A stretch of 64,000 nt of DNA from Bdellovibrionota bacterium (GTDB lineage Bacteria; Bdellovibrionota_C; UBA2361; OMII01), in contig JBIJBE010000003.1 in assembly GCA_044345405.1 (NCBI GenBank), positions 1 to 64,000 of the forward strand, given 5' to 3'. Each line of letters opens with the position of its first letter. The stretch's first letter is position 1. Below, piece after piece: positions 45,384-56,043 of the stretch. The position numbers and the translations under genes were made by a program. Under the pieces are notes generated by a model, which saw only the letters and a program-made list of their open reading frames with translations, made no database searches and was not told the origin of the DNA.

Positions 45384-46484
45384 ATGGCGCGCATTCTCGT
45401 CCTTGGAGCTAAGGTCCCTTTCACGCACGGCGGGCAGGAGATACTGGTCGCAACCCTGATTAAGCATCTCAAGGCGCGAGGGCATGAAGCGGATGTGATC
45501 GAGCTTCCCTTCAATCCGCTTCCGAAGCAGAACCTCCTTACGCAGGCCGCGATGTGGCGCTCGCTCGACCTCGCTGAGTTCGCCGGCGGTAAGGTTGATC
45601 TGATTATCGCCACGAAGTTTCCGACCTACTACGCCCGTCATCCAAAAAAGAGCGTCTGGCTCGTGCACCAGCTCCGTTCGTTCTACGACCTTCACGGAGG
45701 GCAATACTCCGATATGGGTGATGATCCCCGTGATGAGGTCCTGCGTCGGATGATCACTGACGGAGATGCGATTACGTTGGGTGAGTGCTCCTACCGCTCC
45801 GCTATCTCAAAGAACGTCGCGGACCGATTGCAGTCGTATAACGGATTGTCCTCGACGGTTCTCTATCCGCCCCTTCCGCTTGGGGATCGATACCAAAACC
45901 GCGCGGCGAAGCTCTACATCCTCTCGGTAGGCCGTCTCTGTCGAATTAAGAGACTCGACCTGATGTTAAACGCCATGAAACATGTCTCACCTGAAGTTTC
46001 GCTCAAGGTCGTCGGTACCGCCGATGAACCAGGGGTCATGGAGTACTTCAACAACATCATTAAGGGGCACGATATCGGGCGTCGCGTTGAGTTCCTCGGA
46101 CGTGTCAGCGATGAAGCGCTTATCGACCTCTACGCCGAGGCGATGGGGGTGTTCTACGCGCCGTTTGATGAGGACTACGGGTACGTCACCCTCGAGGCGA
46201 TGGCGAGCGGTCGTCCCGTTGTGACCGCGACCGATAGCGGTGGGACGTTGGAGTTTGTGAAGGATCGTGAGAACGGACGTGTTGTATCGCCTGATCCAGC
46301 GGCTATCGCTGAAGCGTTCAACGAAATAGCCCGCGATAGCGAGACCGCAAAGCGCATGGGCGCGAACGGACGAGCGTTCATTGAGAGCTCCGGCATGTTA
46401 TCCCAGGGATGGGATACCTTGATTGACGCGCTCCTCTCCCCACTCTCGCAGGGGAGCTGCTCACAACCGAACAAGGCCGCGTAA
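45384..46484 (+). CDS. Glycosyltransferase family 4
   Basis: GGQE, ATKFPTY, VGRL..IKR, EDYGYVTLEAMASGRPV. Confidence 0.92.
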   Translation: MARILVLGAKVPFTHGGQEILVATLIKHLKARGHEADVIELPFNPLPKQNLLTQAAMWRSLDLAEFAGGKVDLIIATKFPTYYARHPKKSVWLVHQLRSFYDLHGGQYSDMGDDPRDEVLRRMITDGDAITLGECSYRSAISKNVADRLQSYNGLSSTVLYPPLPLGDRYQNRAAKLYILSVGRLCRIKRLDLMLNAMKHVSPEVSLKVVGTADEPGVMEYFNNIIKGHDIGRRVEFLGRVSDEALIDLYAEAMGVFYAPFDEDYGYVTLEAMASGRPVVTATDSGGTLEFVKDRENGRVVSPDPAAIAEAFNEIARDSETAKRMGANGRAFIESSGMLSQGWDTLIDALLSPLSQGSCSQPNKAA

Positions 46485-47812
46485 TGGCAGGTTCGAAGCT
46501 CCGCATAGCATGGTTCACCCCACTTGCTCGTTCAAACCAGGAGGTCGTTACTATTTCGCAGTACTGCACAGATCTCCTTCTTCCACTCATGAAGGATGAG
46601 TTTGAGATCGAGGTGTTCTCGGGCCTGCCATCGGGACGTCATCTCGGTGTGCCACGGTATAACACCCTCAACGTGTATCAACGGCATCGTGAAAATCCCT
46701 TCAATATCTACTTCTATCAGGTAGAGGACGGCCCTCTTGGGCGGGTCGTTCGTACCCAGGTCGGAACGATGCCCGGTATCTCGTGGATGCACGATACCTT
46801 CCTCTCTGATCCCGGAGCGGAGGGGATTCACACGAGCCCCTGGGAGCGCTCAGTTCAACAGATGCTCGACCTCTCCTTGCCGTTTCTTGAACGGGGCGAC
46901 CTTCCTCTTCAACCACAGCCTCAAGGCTATCGTGAGACCTCCGTATCGCCGATCGTGTTGTATAATTCAGCGTGGGCTGAGGGCACCCTTCACCGATTCC
47001 TCTCGGGTCGCTACGAGTACGCTTCGAGTGGGCACCGTTCTGACTCACTTCCGGTACCCGTCACGTTGATAGAGGATGCTCGATTTCACGAAGGTGAGAG
47101 GCCGCTTGAGATCGTCGCGCTCAGCTCAACACGTTTGGATGGCCGAGCGCATAAGTTTCTTCCGGCGTTGGCGGACTATTCCCGTACAGCGCGTCTTACC
47201 TGGGTCATTGACCCTTCCGAGCGAGTGGACGCCGAGCGCATGATCGGTGAGTTCGGTGTGCGTGATCGTGTCACCCTTGTTGAAGGGAATTCGCCAGATC
47301 GGTGGCGCTCGCTCGTCGCGAAGAGCGACCTCGCACTGCATCTTTCCTTCAATCCTCATTGTCGTTTGAGTCCCTACCTTGAGCTCTCGATGGCGGCAGC
47401 CGTCCCAACGGTGGTGATGCGGGTCGGAAGAGGGGAGGCGATACCGGAGAATGTCGCGTTCTCGCTTGAACCGGGGCTTCATGAAACCGCGCAGCTTGTT
47501 GGCGTTTTCGACGCGGTAGGCTCGGGAGATAGTCGTCAGCTTGGTCAGGCGGGACAGGCTTTGGTCTCACAAGAGAACGATCCGACTCTCGTCGCCGCGC
47601 GACTAGCGACAACTTTTCGCGAGAGCGCGCCGCTTCTTGCCGATGTTATGCGCGCTTGGGACGGCCTCTATACACGCGCTGAGGATGCGCTTTTGGAGGA
47701 GATTCGAGCCCTCGTTGATGCACCCTCGGGGGGGATGCCCGGAGCCTATGAGATGATTGTAAAGCCCTTCGTCGAGGAGATGCGAGCAGGGGCTAAGGCT
47801 TCTCGTTCGTAA
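46484..47812 (+). CDS. Divergent GT-B glycosyltransferase-like protein
   Basis: LRIAWFTPL...ISQY N-terminus. The C-terminal catalytic motif is degenerate (LELSMAAAVPTV). TAATG coupling with the previous gene. Confidence 0.7.
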   Translation: MAGSKLRIAWFTPLARSNQEVVTISQYCTDLLLPLMKDEFEIEVFSGLPSGRHLGVPRYNTLNVYQRHRENPFNIYFYQVEDGPLGRVVRTQVGTMPGISWMHDTFLSDPGAEGIHTSPWERSVQQMLDLSLPFLERGDLPLQPQPQGYRETSVSPIVLYNSAWAEGTLHRFLSGRYEYASSGHRSDSLPVPVTLIEDARFHEGERPLEIVALSSTRLDGRAHKFLPALADYSRTARLTWVIDPSERVDAERMIGEFGVRDRVTLVEGNSPDRWRSLVAKSDLALHLSFNPHCRLSPYLELSMAAAVPTVVMRVGRGEAIPENVAFSLEPGLHETAQLVGVFDAVGSGDSRQLGQAGQALVSQENDPTLVAARLATTFRESAPLLADVMRAWDGLYTRAEDALLEEIRALVDAPSGGMPGAYEMIVKPFVEEMRAGAKASRS

Positions 47813-47836
47813 GCAGAATCCTTACGGGGCTTTTGG

Positions 47837-47865
47837 TTGCAAAACCCCTATCCATCCATTAGATT
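47837..47865 (+). promoter_or_regulatory. Sigma-70 promoter, probably giving a leaderless dapC transcript
   Basis: TTGCAA-N17-TAGATT, 6 nt before ATG 47872, with no SD. Confidence 0.6.
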
Positions 47866-47871
47866 CCTCGC

Positions 47872-49071
47872 ATGATCAACCCACGAGTAGCTTCCATGCG
47901 GACCTACACCGCGGCGCGTAAAACGCAGCTATTCGCGGCGCTTGGACGCCCGGTTGTCGCTGACCTCACGATCGGTGAGCCGCAACATGAGCCGGATCCG
48001 AAGGTCGTTGAGATCCTAAACGCCTACGCGGCGGAGTCTGTTAGTCGTTATCCAAAGACTAAGCAGGAGTCGTATCTGACCGAGGCGATCATCGCCGCCA
48101 ACGTTCATTCGAAAAAGTTATGTGGCTCCATCGGCGAGGAGCAGGTTTTGGCGGGTCTCGGAAGTGGAGAGCTCCTGTATTCTCTCGCGACCGCGTCGCT
48201 CGACCCGGCGAAGCCGTACGTTTTAATTCCCAATCCGTCGTATCAAGTTTATGCCTCCGCGACGGAGCTAGCGGGTGGCATTCCGTACTACTTCAATCTT
48301 ACTAAGGAGAACAGCTTTCAACCTGACCTTGCTCGGATCCCTCGTGATATCCTTGAACGAACGAGCCTATGTTACCTCAATAGCCCGAACAATCCGTGCG
48401 CGGTTTCGTACTCTGAGGAGAGTCTACGAGAGATCGTTCTTCTTGCGCGGCAGTATCGGTTCGCTGTCGCTTCTGATGAGTGCTACAGCGAGATCTATTT
48501 CGACCGAAAGCCGGTGAGTATGCTTGAGGTATGCGCGAAGCTCGATGGTGACAATTCTTTCAAGAATGTGGTTGCGTTTGATACGCTCTCGAAGCGCAGC
48601 AGTCTCCCTGGGCTTCGTTCCGGATCGATGGTTGGCGACGCGGCTATCGTTTCGAACTATCTCAAGATCCGTTTGAGTGAGCGTAAGGTGCTGCCGAACA
48701 ACGTGCAACGAGCCTCCGCATATGCGTGGATGAACTACGAGGATGTCGCGAGGAGTAGAGAGCTCTACCGACAAAAGTTCGAGATCGTTCGCGACGCGTT
48801 TCAGGCGATCGGACGCCCGATCACCTTGCCGGATGGAACGTTCTATTGTTGGCTCGATATATCGGAGCTTAACCCGAGCGACGAGACCTTCGCGTTGGAG
48901 CTCGCCAAAGAAACCGGAATTCTGACCTTTCCCGGTAGCTATTTCTCGGTCGTTAACGAGGGTGTGAACCCAGGGGCGGGGTTCATTCGTATCGCGCTTA
49001 TCGATACCGTCGAGGCTACAAGGAAAACAGTTCAAACTTTAACCCAGTATATTACAAACTATAGGTGTTAA
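47872..49071 (+). CDS. dapC: Succinyldiaminopimelate transaminase (class I/II aminotransferase)
   Basis: IGEP, NSPNNP, SDECYSEIY, LSKRSSLPGLRSG, NPGAGFIRIAL. In an operon with dapD and dapE. Confidence 0.88.
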   Translation: MINPRVASMRTYTAARKTQLFAALGRPVVADLTIGEPQHEPDPKVVEILNAYAAESVSRYPKTKQESYLTEAIIAANVHSKKLCGSIGEEQVLAGLGSGELLYSLATASLDPAKPYVLIPNPSYQVYASATELAGGIPYYFNLTKENSFQPDLARIPRDILERTSLCYLNSPNNPCAVSYSEESLREIVLLARQYRFAVASDECYSEIYFDRKPVSMLEVCAKLDGDNSFKNVVAFDTLSKRSSLPGLRSGSMVGDAAIVSNYLKIRLSERKVLPNNVQRASAYAWMNYEDVARSRELYRQKFEIVRDAFQAIGRPITLPDGTFYCWLDISELNPSDETFALELAKETGILTFPGSYFSVVNEGVNPGAGFIRIALIDTVEATRKTVQTLTQYITNYRC

Positions 49072-49073
49072 CG

Positions 49074-50258
49074 ATGTCAGCTGACGCGGCGCGTGGCCAT
49101 TTTGCGGAGAACCTTCAACGACTCACGGATCCTTGCCCTGAAGTGGGGGTAGTTAAAGTGTTCCTTGATGGAAAGCTCATTCGCGTTGTGGCGAACATTC
49201 CAGGGCAATCGGGATCCCTTCGGGTGTTTAACCACTTTCAAAAAAATGGAGAGCTCTCTCAGGCAGCGGTAGCTGGATGCCTTGAGGTATTCGCGCCACT
49301 CGTGCAAGAGGCGAAGGCTTCGCCCGGGTCTCATCCGAATATCGACCTTCTTCTTGGCCTTCGTTCGGATCAGGTCCTGACTATCACCACGGTGCGAACC
49401 TCCCCTGATCTCTTCGCGAAGCTCGCGGATGGAACCGCGAGTCAACGTGAGAAGCAGGGGGCCGTTGAGCTTCTCGATAAGGGGATCGTCCGATGCGCGG
49501 AAAAGTTGAGCAACTACACCATCGGCGCAAACGGAGTCGAGCTAACGGGTAACGGCACATGGGTGACACAGAGCTACGGCGTCGCGTGCATGAATGCCGG
49601 GTTCTCCGCGTTTCCGATGGTAAAGATGGGTGAGCATTTCTACGACAAGGTTCCCCTTAAGACCGAAGGATGGAGCTCCGAGGATTTTGAGAACGCAGGT
49701 GTGCGCTTTATTCCTGGGTGCTTCGCTCGACGTGGTGCGTACATCGGAGCTGGAACGACGATTATGCCTGGCGGCATAGTGAACATCGGCGCGTACGTCG
49801 AGGGAAGTGGTGTTATGATCGACGGTGGCGCTCGTGTCGCGACCGGCGCTCAGGTAGGTAAAGGTGTTAAGCTTGGAGCTGGTTCCGGTATCGAGGGAAT
49901 CCTTGAGCCCGCGGGACGGCTTCCGTCTATCATTGAGGACAACGTTCGAATCGGAGCGAACTGCGAGGTATGCGGTATCGTTGAAGAGGGCGCTGTCGTC
50001 GCGAGTGGCGTTGTGATGGCTTCCGGCAAAAAGATATTTGACCTTCGAACCAACGCTGAGGTTGAGCCACGCTACATGGCGATCGGCGAGAAGTTCTATG
50101 AGATACCGGTTATTCCGCGAAATAGGGTAGCGGTGTCCGGTGTCTATTCGAAGACTGAACAGCTTGGGATCGACTGTATCGTTCTCTTGGACAAGGACGC
50201 CTCCGATACCTCTCTCGCTCAGATGCCAAAGAACGCTTCGCTCTATGTGAAGCTCTAA
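49074..50258 (+). CDS. dapD: DUF2322-like domain fused to tetrahydrodipicolinate N-succinyltransferase
   Basis: N-terminal FAENL..N.PG..GSL......PG.HPNID.L pattern. DapD part: LLDKG.VRCAE, YDKVPLK, RRGAYI, VNIGAYV, hexapeptide repeats, GILEP, IIEDN. Confidence 0.85.
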   Translation: MSADAARGHFAENLQRLTDPCPEVGVVKVFLDGKLIRVVANIPGQSGSLRVFNHFQKNGELSQAAVAGCLEVFAPLVQEAKASPGSHPNIDLLLGLRSDQVLTITTVRTSPDLFAKLADGTASQREKQGAVELLDKGIVRCAEKLSNYTIGANGVELTGNGTWVTQSYGVACMNAGFSAFPMVKMGEHFYDKVPLKTEGWSSEDFENAGVRFIPGCFARRGAYIGAGTTIMPGGIVNIGAYVEGSGVMIDGGARVATGAQVGKGVKLGAGSGIEGILEPAGRLPSIIEDNVRIGANCEVCGIVEEGAVVASGVVMASGKKIFDLRTNAEVEPRYMAIGEKFYEIPVIPRNRVAVSGVYSKTEQLGIDCIVLLDKDASDTSLAQMPKNASLYVKL

Positions 50259-50273
50259 CAGCGAGGATACGTC

Positions 50274-51413
50274 ATGACGATCGGTAGCTCAGTCGAACTT
50301 ACTCGGATGCTGCTTCAGGAGAATACCTGCACCGGCTCGTTCGACTCTCACGTTTCGACACGACTCGCTGGATGGCTAGAGTCGTTGGGATTCGGTGTGG
50401 AGTCCGTTGAGGTCGATGGAATCGTTCATCTCTGTGGCTCGATTGGCCCCAAAGACGCTGCTACGCGACTCGCGTTTGTCGGGCACTACGATACGGTAGG
50501 GGCAGGAGAGGGATGGCGTTATCCACCATTTGGAGCCGCGGAGGAAAACGGAATTCTCTACGGCAGGGGCGCGAGTGACATGAAGAGTGGGGACGCCGCG
50601 ATGATATTCGCGGCCGTAAAGCTCGCTACTGTTGGAGCTCGCTCGACCGTTTTCTTGCCAGGCGATGAGGAGACGGCTTCTCGGGGGATGCCGGCGTTGC
50701 TTGAGAAGGTCGGTGGTACGTTTGACTACTGCATCTGCGGCGAGCCAACCTCAAAGAAGAAGCTAGGAGACTGCGTTAAGGTAGGGCGCCGTGGCATGTT
50801 GGGCGCCGAGGTATCGCTCAAGGGGCGACGGGGACACACAGCGTACGCGGATATCACGCCCAACGTGGCGCATTCTCTGCCAGCGGTAATAACGGAGCTT
50901 ACGAAGCCGTGGCACGACGCCTGCTACGGTGTCGCGACAACCCTCTCTATTACAACTATCTCCACCGATAGCACCGCGCTGAACGTTATTCCGGGTGTTG
51001 TGTCGTTTAAGTTTGATATGCGATTCGCGCCGAATCGCACAATCGATGAGATGCAGGGTGAGATCATCGCGCGCCTCGACGCCGCTGGGGTCGCCTATGA
51101 GATTGAGTGGCAAAAGGCTACTCGCCCGTATGTGACGGGTGTGGATGCTGATCCTTCCTCTCCTCAAGGTAAACTCATTGCCGTTACCACATCGGTCATT
51201 GAGGAGACCTTGGGCGTTCGCCCCATACTCACCTGCGATGGCGGCACCAGCGACGCTCGATTCGTCGCCTGGCACGGTGTTCCAACGATTGAGTTCGGTG
51301 TTCCGCATGGCAACATGCATGGAGCCGACGAGTTTGTAGAGGTAAGGAACATTGAGCTGCTTGAGCGGGTGTTTGTGGAGATTGGGGAGCGGTTGGTGAG
51401 GAACGCTGTCTAA
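50274..51413 (+). CDS. dapE: Succinyl-diaminopimelate desuccinylase (M20 family)
   Basis: GHYDTV, GRGASDMK, DEE, GEPT, GRRG, NVIPG, GGTSDARF, HGADE. Confidence 0.9.
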   Translation: MTIGSSVELTRMLLQENTCTGSFDSHVSTRLAGWLESLGFGVESVEVDGIVHLCGSIGPKDAATRLAFVGHYDTVGAGEGWRYPPFGAAEENGILYGRGASDMKSGDAAMIFAAVKLATVGARSTVFLPGDEETASRGMPALLEKVGGTFDYCICGEPTSKKKLGDCVKVGRRGMLGAEVSLKGRRGHTAYADITPNVAHSLPAVITELTKPWHDACYGVATTLSITTISTDSTALNVIPGVVSFKFDMRFAPNRTIDEMQGEIIARLDAAGVAYEIEWQKATRPYVTGVDADPSSPQGKLIAVTTSVIEETLGVRPILTCDGGTSDARFVAWHGVPTIEFGVPHGNMHGADEFVEVRNIELLERVFVEIGERLVRNAV

Positions 51414-51428
51414 TCGAGCCTGGTACCA

Positions 51429-51552
51429 GGGAGGGCGACCGGCCTCCCCCTTCGCCAAAGCTTCGGGGACAGGTCGGTCGCCGAAAGCTTGCGATTAGCG
51501 GGAAATCTTTGCCTGGCGTATCCATACGGCGACCGGGGACGGTCGCCCTCCC
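51429..51552. repeat. Inverted REP-like pair; the left copy carries a 29-nt hairpin insert
   Basis: gggagggcgaccggcc[tcccccttcgccaaagcttcggggacagg]tcggtcgccg (51429-51483) and cggcgaccggggacggtcgccctccc (51527-51552). Confidence 0.85.
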
Positions 51553-51702
51553 AGGTGCGCACCTCAAAAGTCATTAACGGGACGCGCATTACCTCCTCGC
51601 CCCGACACTCTCCCCATATCCACGCTCCTCCAAAAAGTGCTATAAATTCCGCCAGTAACCCGTTGATACGCCGTGCCCTCAGTGGCGCGGTTGGAGGTAT
51701 GT

Positions 51703-52830
51703 ATGCGCGTTCTTGTTCGTCCCTTGTTCGTAGGATTTGTCGCTCTTGCGAGTGTTCTCGGAGCGAGCGGTTGTGGCTCAAAAGAGAAAGCCCCCGAAGC
51801 TCCGCAATTAGAGATCTCCGTCGTTGATATCGGACGCAAAGATGTTGTCCTCTCCTCTGAGTTCGTGGGGCGAACCAATGGAGCTATCGACGCTGAAGTT
51901 CGCGCGAGAGTTGAGGGAGTTCTTGAGGAGATACACTTTCAAGACGGCGGAGAGGTAACGGAGGGGCAACTCCTCTACTCGATCGATGACGCTCCGCTCA
52001 TCACGACGGTTGCTCAAGCGAGAGGCTCCCTCGCGGAGGCGCTCACCCGTCAGACTCAAGCCGATGTTGATCTTAAACGAATTCGACCGCTCGCGGAGAT
52101 AAACGCGGTGAGCAAGCGAGAATTAGATGGTGCTATCGGTCGTAAAGGAGTCGCGGATGGCGCGGTAGACGCCGCTAACGCTCAAGTCGCTGCGGCCGAA
52201 ATTCAGTTGGGGTACGCTAAGATCAAAGCGCCAACATCGGGTGTTATCGGGATTAGCAAGTTCAAGATCGGAGAGTTGGTCGGCAAAGGCCCCAACACCT
52301 CGGTGCTTAACACCGTATCAAAGATCGATCCGATCCATGTGAAGTTTCCCGTAAGTGAGAGTGAGTACCTCTATTTTTCAAAGCTCGCTGAGCAACAGGG
52401 CCCGAATCGGGAGAAGCGAGTTTTGCAACTCATCCTCGCCGACGGATCCGTTCATCCAGAGCTGGGCGAGCTTGTTTCCCTTGATAGAAATATCGACGCG
52501 CAGACAGGCGCAATCACCGCAGAAGCCTCGTTTCCTAACCCCACGAAACGAATTCGTCCGGGAATGTTCGCCAAGATTAAGACCGTCGCGGAAACCCGCA
52601 ACGACGTCCTGGTCGTACCAAAGCGAGCGCTCAAGGAGATTCAAGGGAAGTATCAGGTGTTCGTCGTCGCGGCTGATGGAACGGTTGACGTTCGTAACGT
52701 TGAGGTTGGGGCGGACGCGGGAGACTCTCGCGTTGTTGAATCGGGTCTTAGTGAACATGAACTCGTGGCGGTGGATGGTATCCAACGTCTTCGTAGTGGC
52801 ATGACCGTAAAGGCTAAGACCGTCAGTTAA
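51703..52830 (+). CDS. RND efflux periplasmic adaptor (MFP)
   Basis: Lipobox ASGC, EVRARVEG, IKAPTSG, RPGMF. GGAGG SD present. Confidence 0.93.
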   Translation: MRVLVRPLFVGFVALASVLGASGCGSKEKAPEAPQLEISVVDIGRKDVVLSSEFVGRTNGAIDAEVRARVEGVLEEIHFQDGGEVTEGQLLYSIDDAPLITTVAQARGSLAEALTRQTQADVDLKRIRPLAEINAVSKRELDGAIGRKGVADGAVDAANAQVAAAEIQLGYAKIKAPTSGVIGISKFKIGELVGKGPNTSVLNTVSKIDPIHVKFPVSESEYLYFSKLAEQQGPNREKRVLQLILADGSVHPELGELVSLDRNIDAQTGAITAEASFPNPTKRIRPGMFAKIKTVAETRNDVLVVPKRALKEIQGKYQVFVVAADGTVDVRNVEVGADAGDSRVVESGLSEHELVAVDGIQRLRSGMTVKAKTVS

Positions 52831-52860
52831 TCGCCTCGCGCGCGAGCTTCGGAGGAAAAG

Positions 52861-55800
52861 ATGAAAGAGTATTTCTTCGTTCGACGACCCACAGTCGCAA
52901 TCGTACTATCACTTGTGCTCGTCATCTTCGGTCTCGTGACCATCATGGGATTGCCGATCTCCCAGTACCCAAACGTGGTACCTCCGGAGATCCAGGTGAA
53001 CGCCACCTACTCGGGAGCGAACGCGCTCGCCGTTGAGCAGTCGGTGACGACCCCACTTGAGCAGAAGATTAACGGCGTTGAGAACTCGATCTATATGCGG
53101 AGTATCAACGCGAACGATGGTACTACCTCGATTCGCGTATCGTTTGAGGTCGGTACGAACCTCGACATGGCGAACGTGCTCGTGCAAAACCGAGTGAGTG
53201 AGGCTCAAGCGAGTCTCCCTGAGGAGGTAAAACGACTCGGCGTAACGGTAAAGAAGTCGCTCTCGTTTCCGCTCCTTCTTGTGACCCTCCGTTCGCCAAA
53301 GGGAACGTACGACAACACCTTCCTCAGTAATTATGCATCCATCAACGTTTTGGACGCCCTCGCTCGAATCGGCGGAGTAGGGCAGGTAAACCAATTCGGT
53401 GGAAGCGACTACGCGATGCGTGTGTGGGTGAAGCCGGATCAACTCGCGCAGCTCTCATTGACGGTCGCTGATGTATACCGAGCCATTCAGCAGCAGAACG
53501 TGATCGCGCCAGCGGGCCAGATCGGCGGTCCACCCGCGCCTCCAGGAACCGATACCACCCTAGTGGTGCGAACATCCGGCCGTCTTGAGAGTCCCGAGCA
53601 GTTCGGTGAGATCGTTATCAAGTCCGATGACGCGACCGGTTCGCTCATCCGACTCAAGGATGTAGCTCGGATAGAGCTTGGTACGCAGTTGTATAACGCT
53701 AAGGGCCGCTTCAACGGTGAGGACGCGGCGGTGCTCGCGATCTACCAGGTGCCCGGATCAAACGCGCTCCAAGTGGCGGATACGATCCGAAAGACGATGG
53801 ATGAGCTGAAGACCCGCTTCCCAGATGATATCGAGTATATCGTTTCCCTCGATACGACGAAGGCGGTCACAGAGGGTATCGATGAGATCATTAACACGCT
53901 GCGTGACGCCATCATCTTGGTGCTTATCGTCGTATTTATCTTCCTTCAAAGTTGGCGCGCGACCCTGATCCCTATCTTAGTAGTACCGGTATCGCTCATC
54001 GCGACCTTCTCGGTGTTTCCAGCGCTTGGCTTCTCAGTCAACGTGCTCTCGCTTCTCGGACTCGTGCTTGCTATCGGCATCGTAGTGGACGACGCCATCG
54101 TGGTGGTTGAGGCGGTGATGCACCACATCGAGCACGGAGCCTCTCCTCGTGAGGCGACCAACAAGGCGATGGGGGAGGTGGCGGGTCCCGTTATCGCTAT
54201 TGCCCTTATTTTGTGCGCCGTGTTCGTGCCGGTCGTCTTTATGGGTGGCATCACCGGACAGTTCTATCAGCAGTTCGCTGTTACGATCGCGGTGTCGGTA
54301 CTCTTCTCGGCGGTAGGGGCTCTCACCCTTACCCCGGCGCTCTGCTCCGTTCTCTTGAAGCCCGCGAGCCCCTCAACGGGACTCCTCGGTCGATTTTTCA
54401 AGGGGTTCAATAACGTCTTCGATCGGTGCACCGGCGCCTATGTGGGAATAGCTGGCTTTATCGCGAGAAAGCTGGTGCGCGGTTTCATCATCTTCGGTGT
54501 GGTGATGGCCGGAGTGATCTTCTTCGGCAAATCCCTTCCTACTGGCTTCGTTCCAGAGGAGGATCAAGGCTACATCCTCGCGAATGTGCAGCTTCCTGAT
54601 GCCTCGTCACTCGAACGAACTGGCGAGGCGAGTCGACAGGTCGAGCAGATCCTCATGGAGACCCCTGGGGTCGATAGCGTAACGACCGTCGTCGGCTTCA
54701 GTATGATCTCACAATCGTACTCAAGTAACACAGCCTTCTTCTTCGTCTGGCTTAAGCCGTGGGAGGAGCGTAAGGGGCTCGTGAATTCATCCTTCGGACT
54801 TCTCATGCGCCTCAATAAGCGCTTCCAGGCAGAGTTCACTGATGGTGTTGCCATCGCGTTCGGCCCTCCAGCGATTCCCGGACTCGGTACAGGGTCCGGT
54901 TTCAGCATGATGCTTCAAGATCGAAGTGGTAAGGGACCTGAGTATCTCGATGAGCAGGCGAAGAACTTCGCGCAGGCTGCCATGAAGCGTCCTGAGATAG
55001 GGCGTATCTCGACAGCGTTTCGCGCGTCCGTTCCTCAACTCTTCGCTCAAGTTGATCGTGATAAAGCGCTCGCCGCCGGTGTTCCTATCAGTGATGTGAA
55101 TTCGACACTTGGTTCCTACCTCGGTGGAAGCTACGTAAACGACTTCAATCGGTTCGGCCGCCTCTATAAGGTCTACCTCCAAGCTGACGCCACCTACCGT
55201 GACAAGAAAGAGGATATCCGCACCTACTTCGTTCGAAACAAGAACGGAGACATGGTATCGCTTGGAACGCTCATAAACCTCACCCCAACAAACGGGCCTG
55301 AGTACACGAACCGTTTCAATCTCTTCCGCTCCGCGGAGATGATAGGAGCGTCCGGTCCAGGATATAGCTCGGCGCAGACGATGGCCGCTCTGAAAGAGGT
55401 CGCGGCTCAGGTGCTTCCGAAGGATATCACCTACGACTGGAACGCGATGTCGTACCAAGAGGAGAAGGCAGCCGGAAAGGGCGCAATCGTCTTCGTGCTC
55501 GGCATGGTGTTCGTGTTCCTCATCCTCGCCGCTCAGTACGAGAGTTGGTCGTTGCCGTTCAGCGTACTTCTTGGGACCCCGTTCGCGGTGTTTGGAGCGC
55601 TCCTTGGTGTATGGCTTTGCCGACAACTGGACCCATCTTACGTTAACAACATCTTCGCGCAGATCGGCATTCTCACCCTGGTGGGACTCGCGGCGAAGAA
55701 CGCGATCTTGATCGTTGAGTTCGCCCGGGCGAAGGTCGCGGGTGGCGCTCCTCTGATTGAGGGAACCTTAGAGGCCGCGAAGCTTCGGTTCCGGCCGATA

Positions 55801-56043
55801 TTAATGACCGCGTTCGCGTTCATCCTCGGCGTTGTGCCCCTCGTCATCGCGTCGGGAGCCGGCGCTCAAGGGCGCAAAGTAATGGGAATGGCTGTGTTCA
55901 GCGGAATGGCGATGGCGACGGTGCTCGGGGTTCTCCTCGTGCCGATGCTCTTCGTCCTGATTGAGAAGGTAACAAATAGGAAGGGGCACGGTAGGGCACC
56001 CTCGGAATCAACCACCACGAACGCGACAGGAACTCATGGGTAA
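52861..56043 (+). CDS. RND efflux permease (HAE1, AcrB/MexB family)
   Basis: FFVRRP, LPISQYP, AIGIVVDDAIVVVE, GLAAKNAILIVEF, RFRPILMT. Confidence 0.96.
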   Translation: MKEYFFVRRPTVAIVLSLVLVIFGLVTIMGLPISQYPNVVPPEIQVNATYSGANALAVEQSVTTPLEQKINGVENSIYMRSINANDGTTSIRVSFEVGTNLDMANVLVQNRVSEAQASLPEEVKRLGVTVKKSLSFPLLLVTLRSPKGTYDNTFLSNYASINVLDALARIGGVGQVNQFGGSDYAMRVWVKPDQLAQLSLTVADVYRAIQQQNVIAPAGQIGGPPAPPGTDTTLVVRTSGRLESPEQFGEIVIKSDDATGSLIRLKDVARIELGTQLYNAKGRFNGEDAAVLAIYQVPGSNALQVADTIRKTMDELKTRFPDDIEYIVSLDTTKAVTEGIDEIINTLRDAIILVLIVVFIFLQSWRATLIPILVVPVSLIATFSVFPALGFSVNVLSLLGLVLAIGIVVDDAIVVVEAVMHHIEHGASPREATNKAMGEVAGPVIAIALILCAVFVPVVFMGGITGQFYQQFAVTIAVSVLFSAVGALTLTPALCSVLLKPASPSTGLLGRFFKGFNNVFDRCTGAYVGIAGFIARKLVRGFIIFGVVMAGVIFFGKSLPTGFVPEEDQGYILANVQLPDASSLERTGEASRQVEQILMETPGVDSVTTVVGFSMISQSYSSNTAFFFVWLKPWEERKGLVNSSFGLLMRLNKRFQAEFTDGVAIAFGPPAIPGLGTGSGFSMMLQDRSGKGPEYLDEQAKNFAQAAMKRPEIGRISTAFRASVPQLFAQVDRDKALAAGVPISDVNSTLGSYLGGSYVNDFNRFGRLYKVYLQADATYRDKKEDIRTYFVRNKNGDMVSLGTLINLTPTNGPEYTNRFNLFRSAEMIGASGPGYSSAQTMAALKEVAAQVLPKDITYDWNAMSYQEEKAAGKGAIVFVLGMVFVFLILAAQYESWSLPFSVLLGTPFAVFGALLGVWLCRQLDPSYVNNIFAQIGILTLVGLAAKNAILIVEFARAKVAGGAPLIEGTLEAAKLRFRPILMTAFAFILGVVPLVIASGAGAQGRKVMGMAVFSGMAMATVLGVLLVPMLFVLIEKVTNRKGHGRAPSESTTTNATGTHG

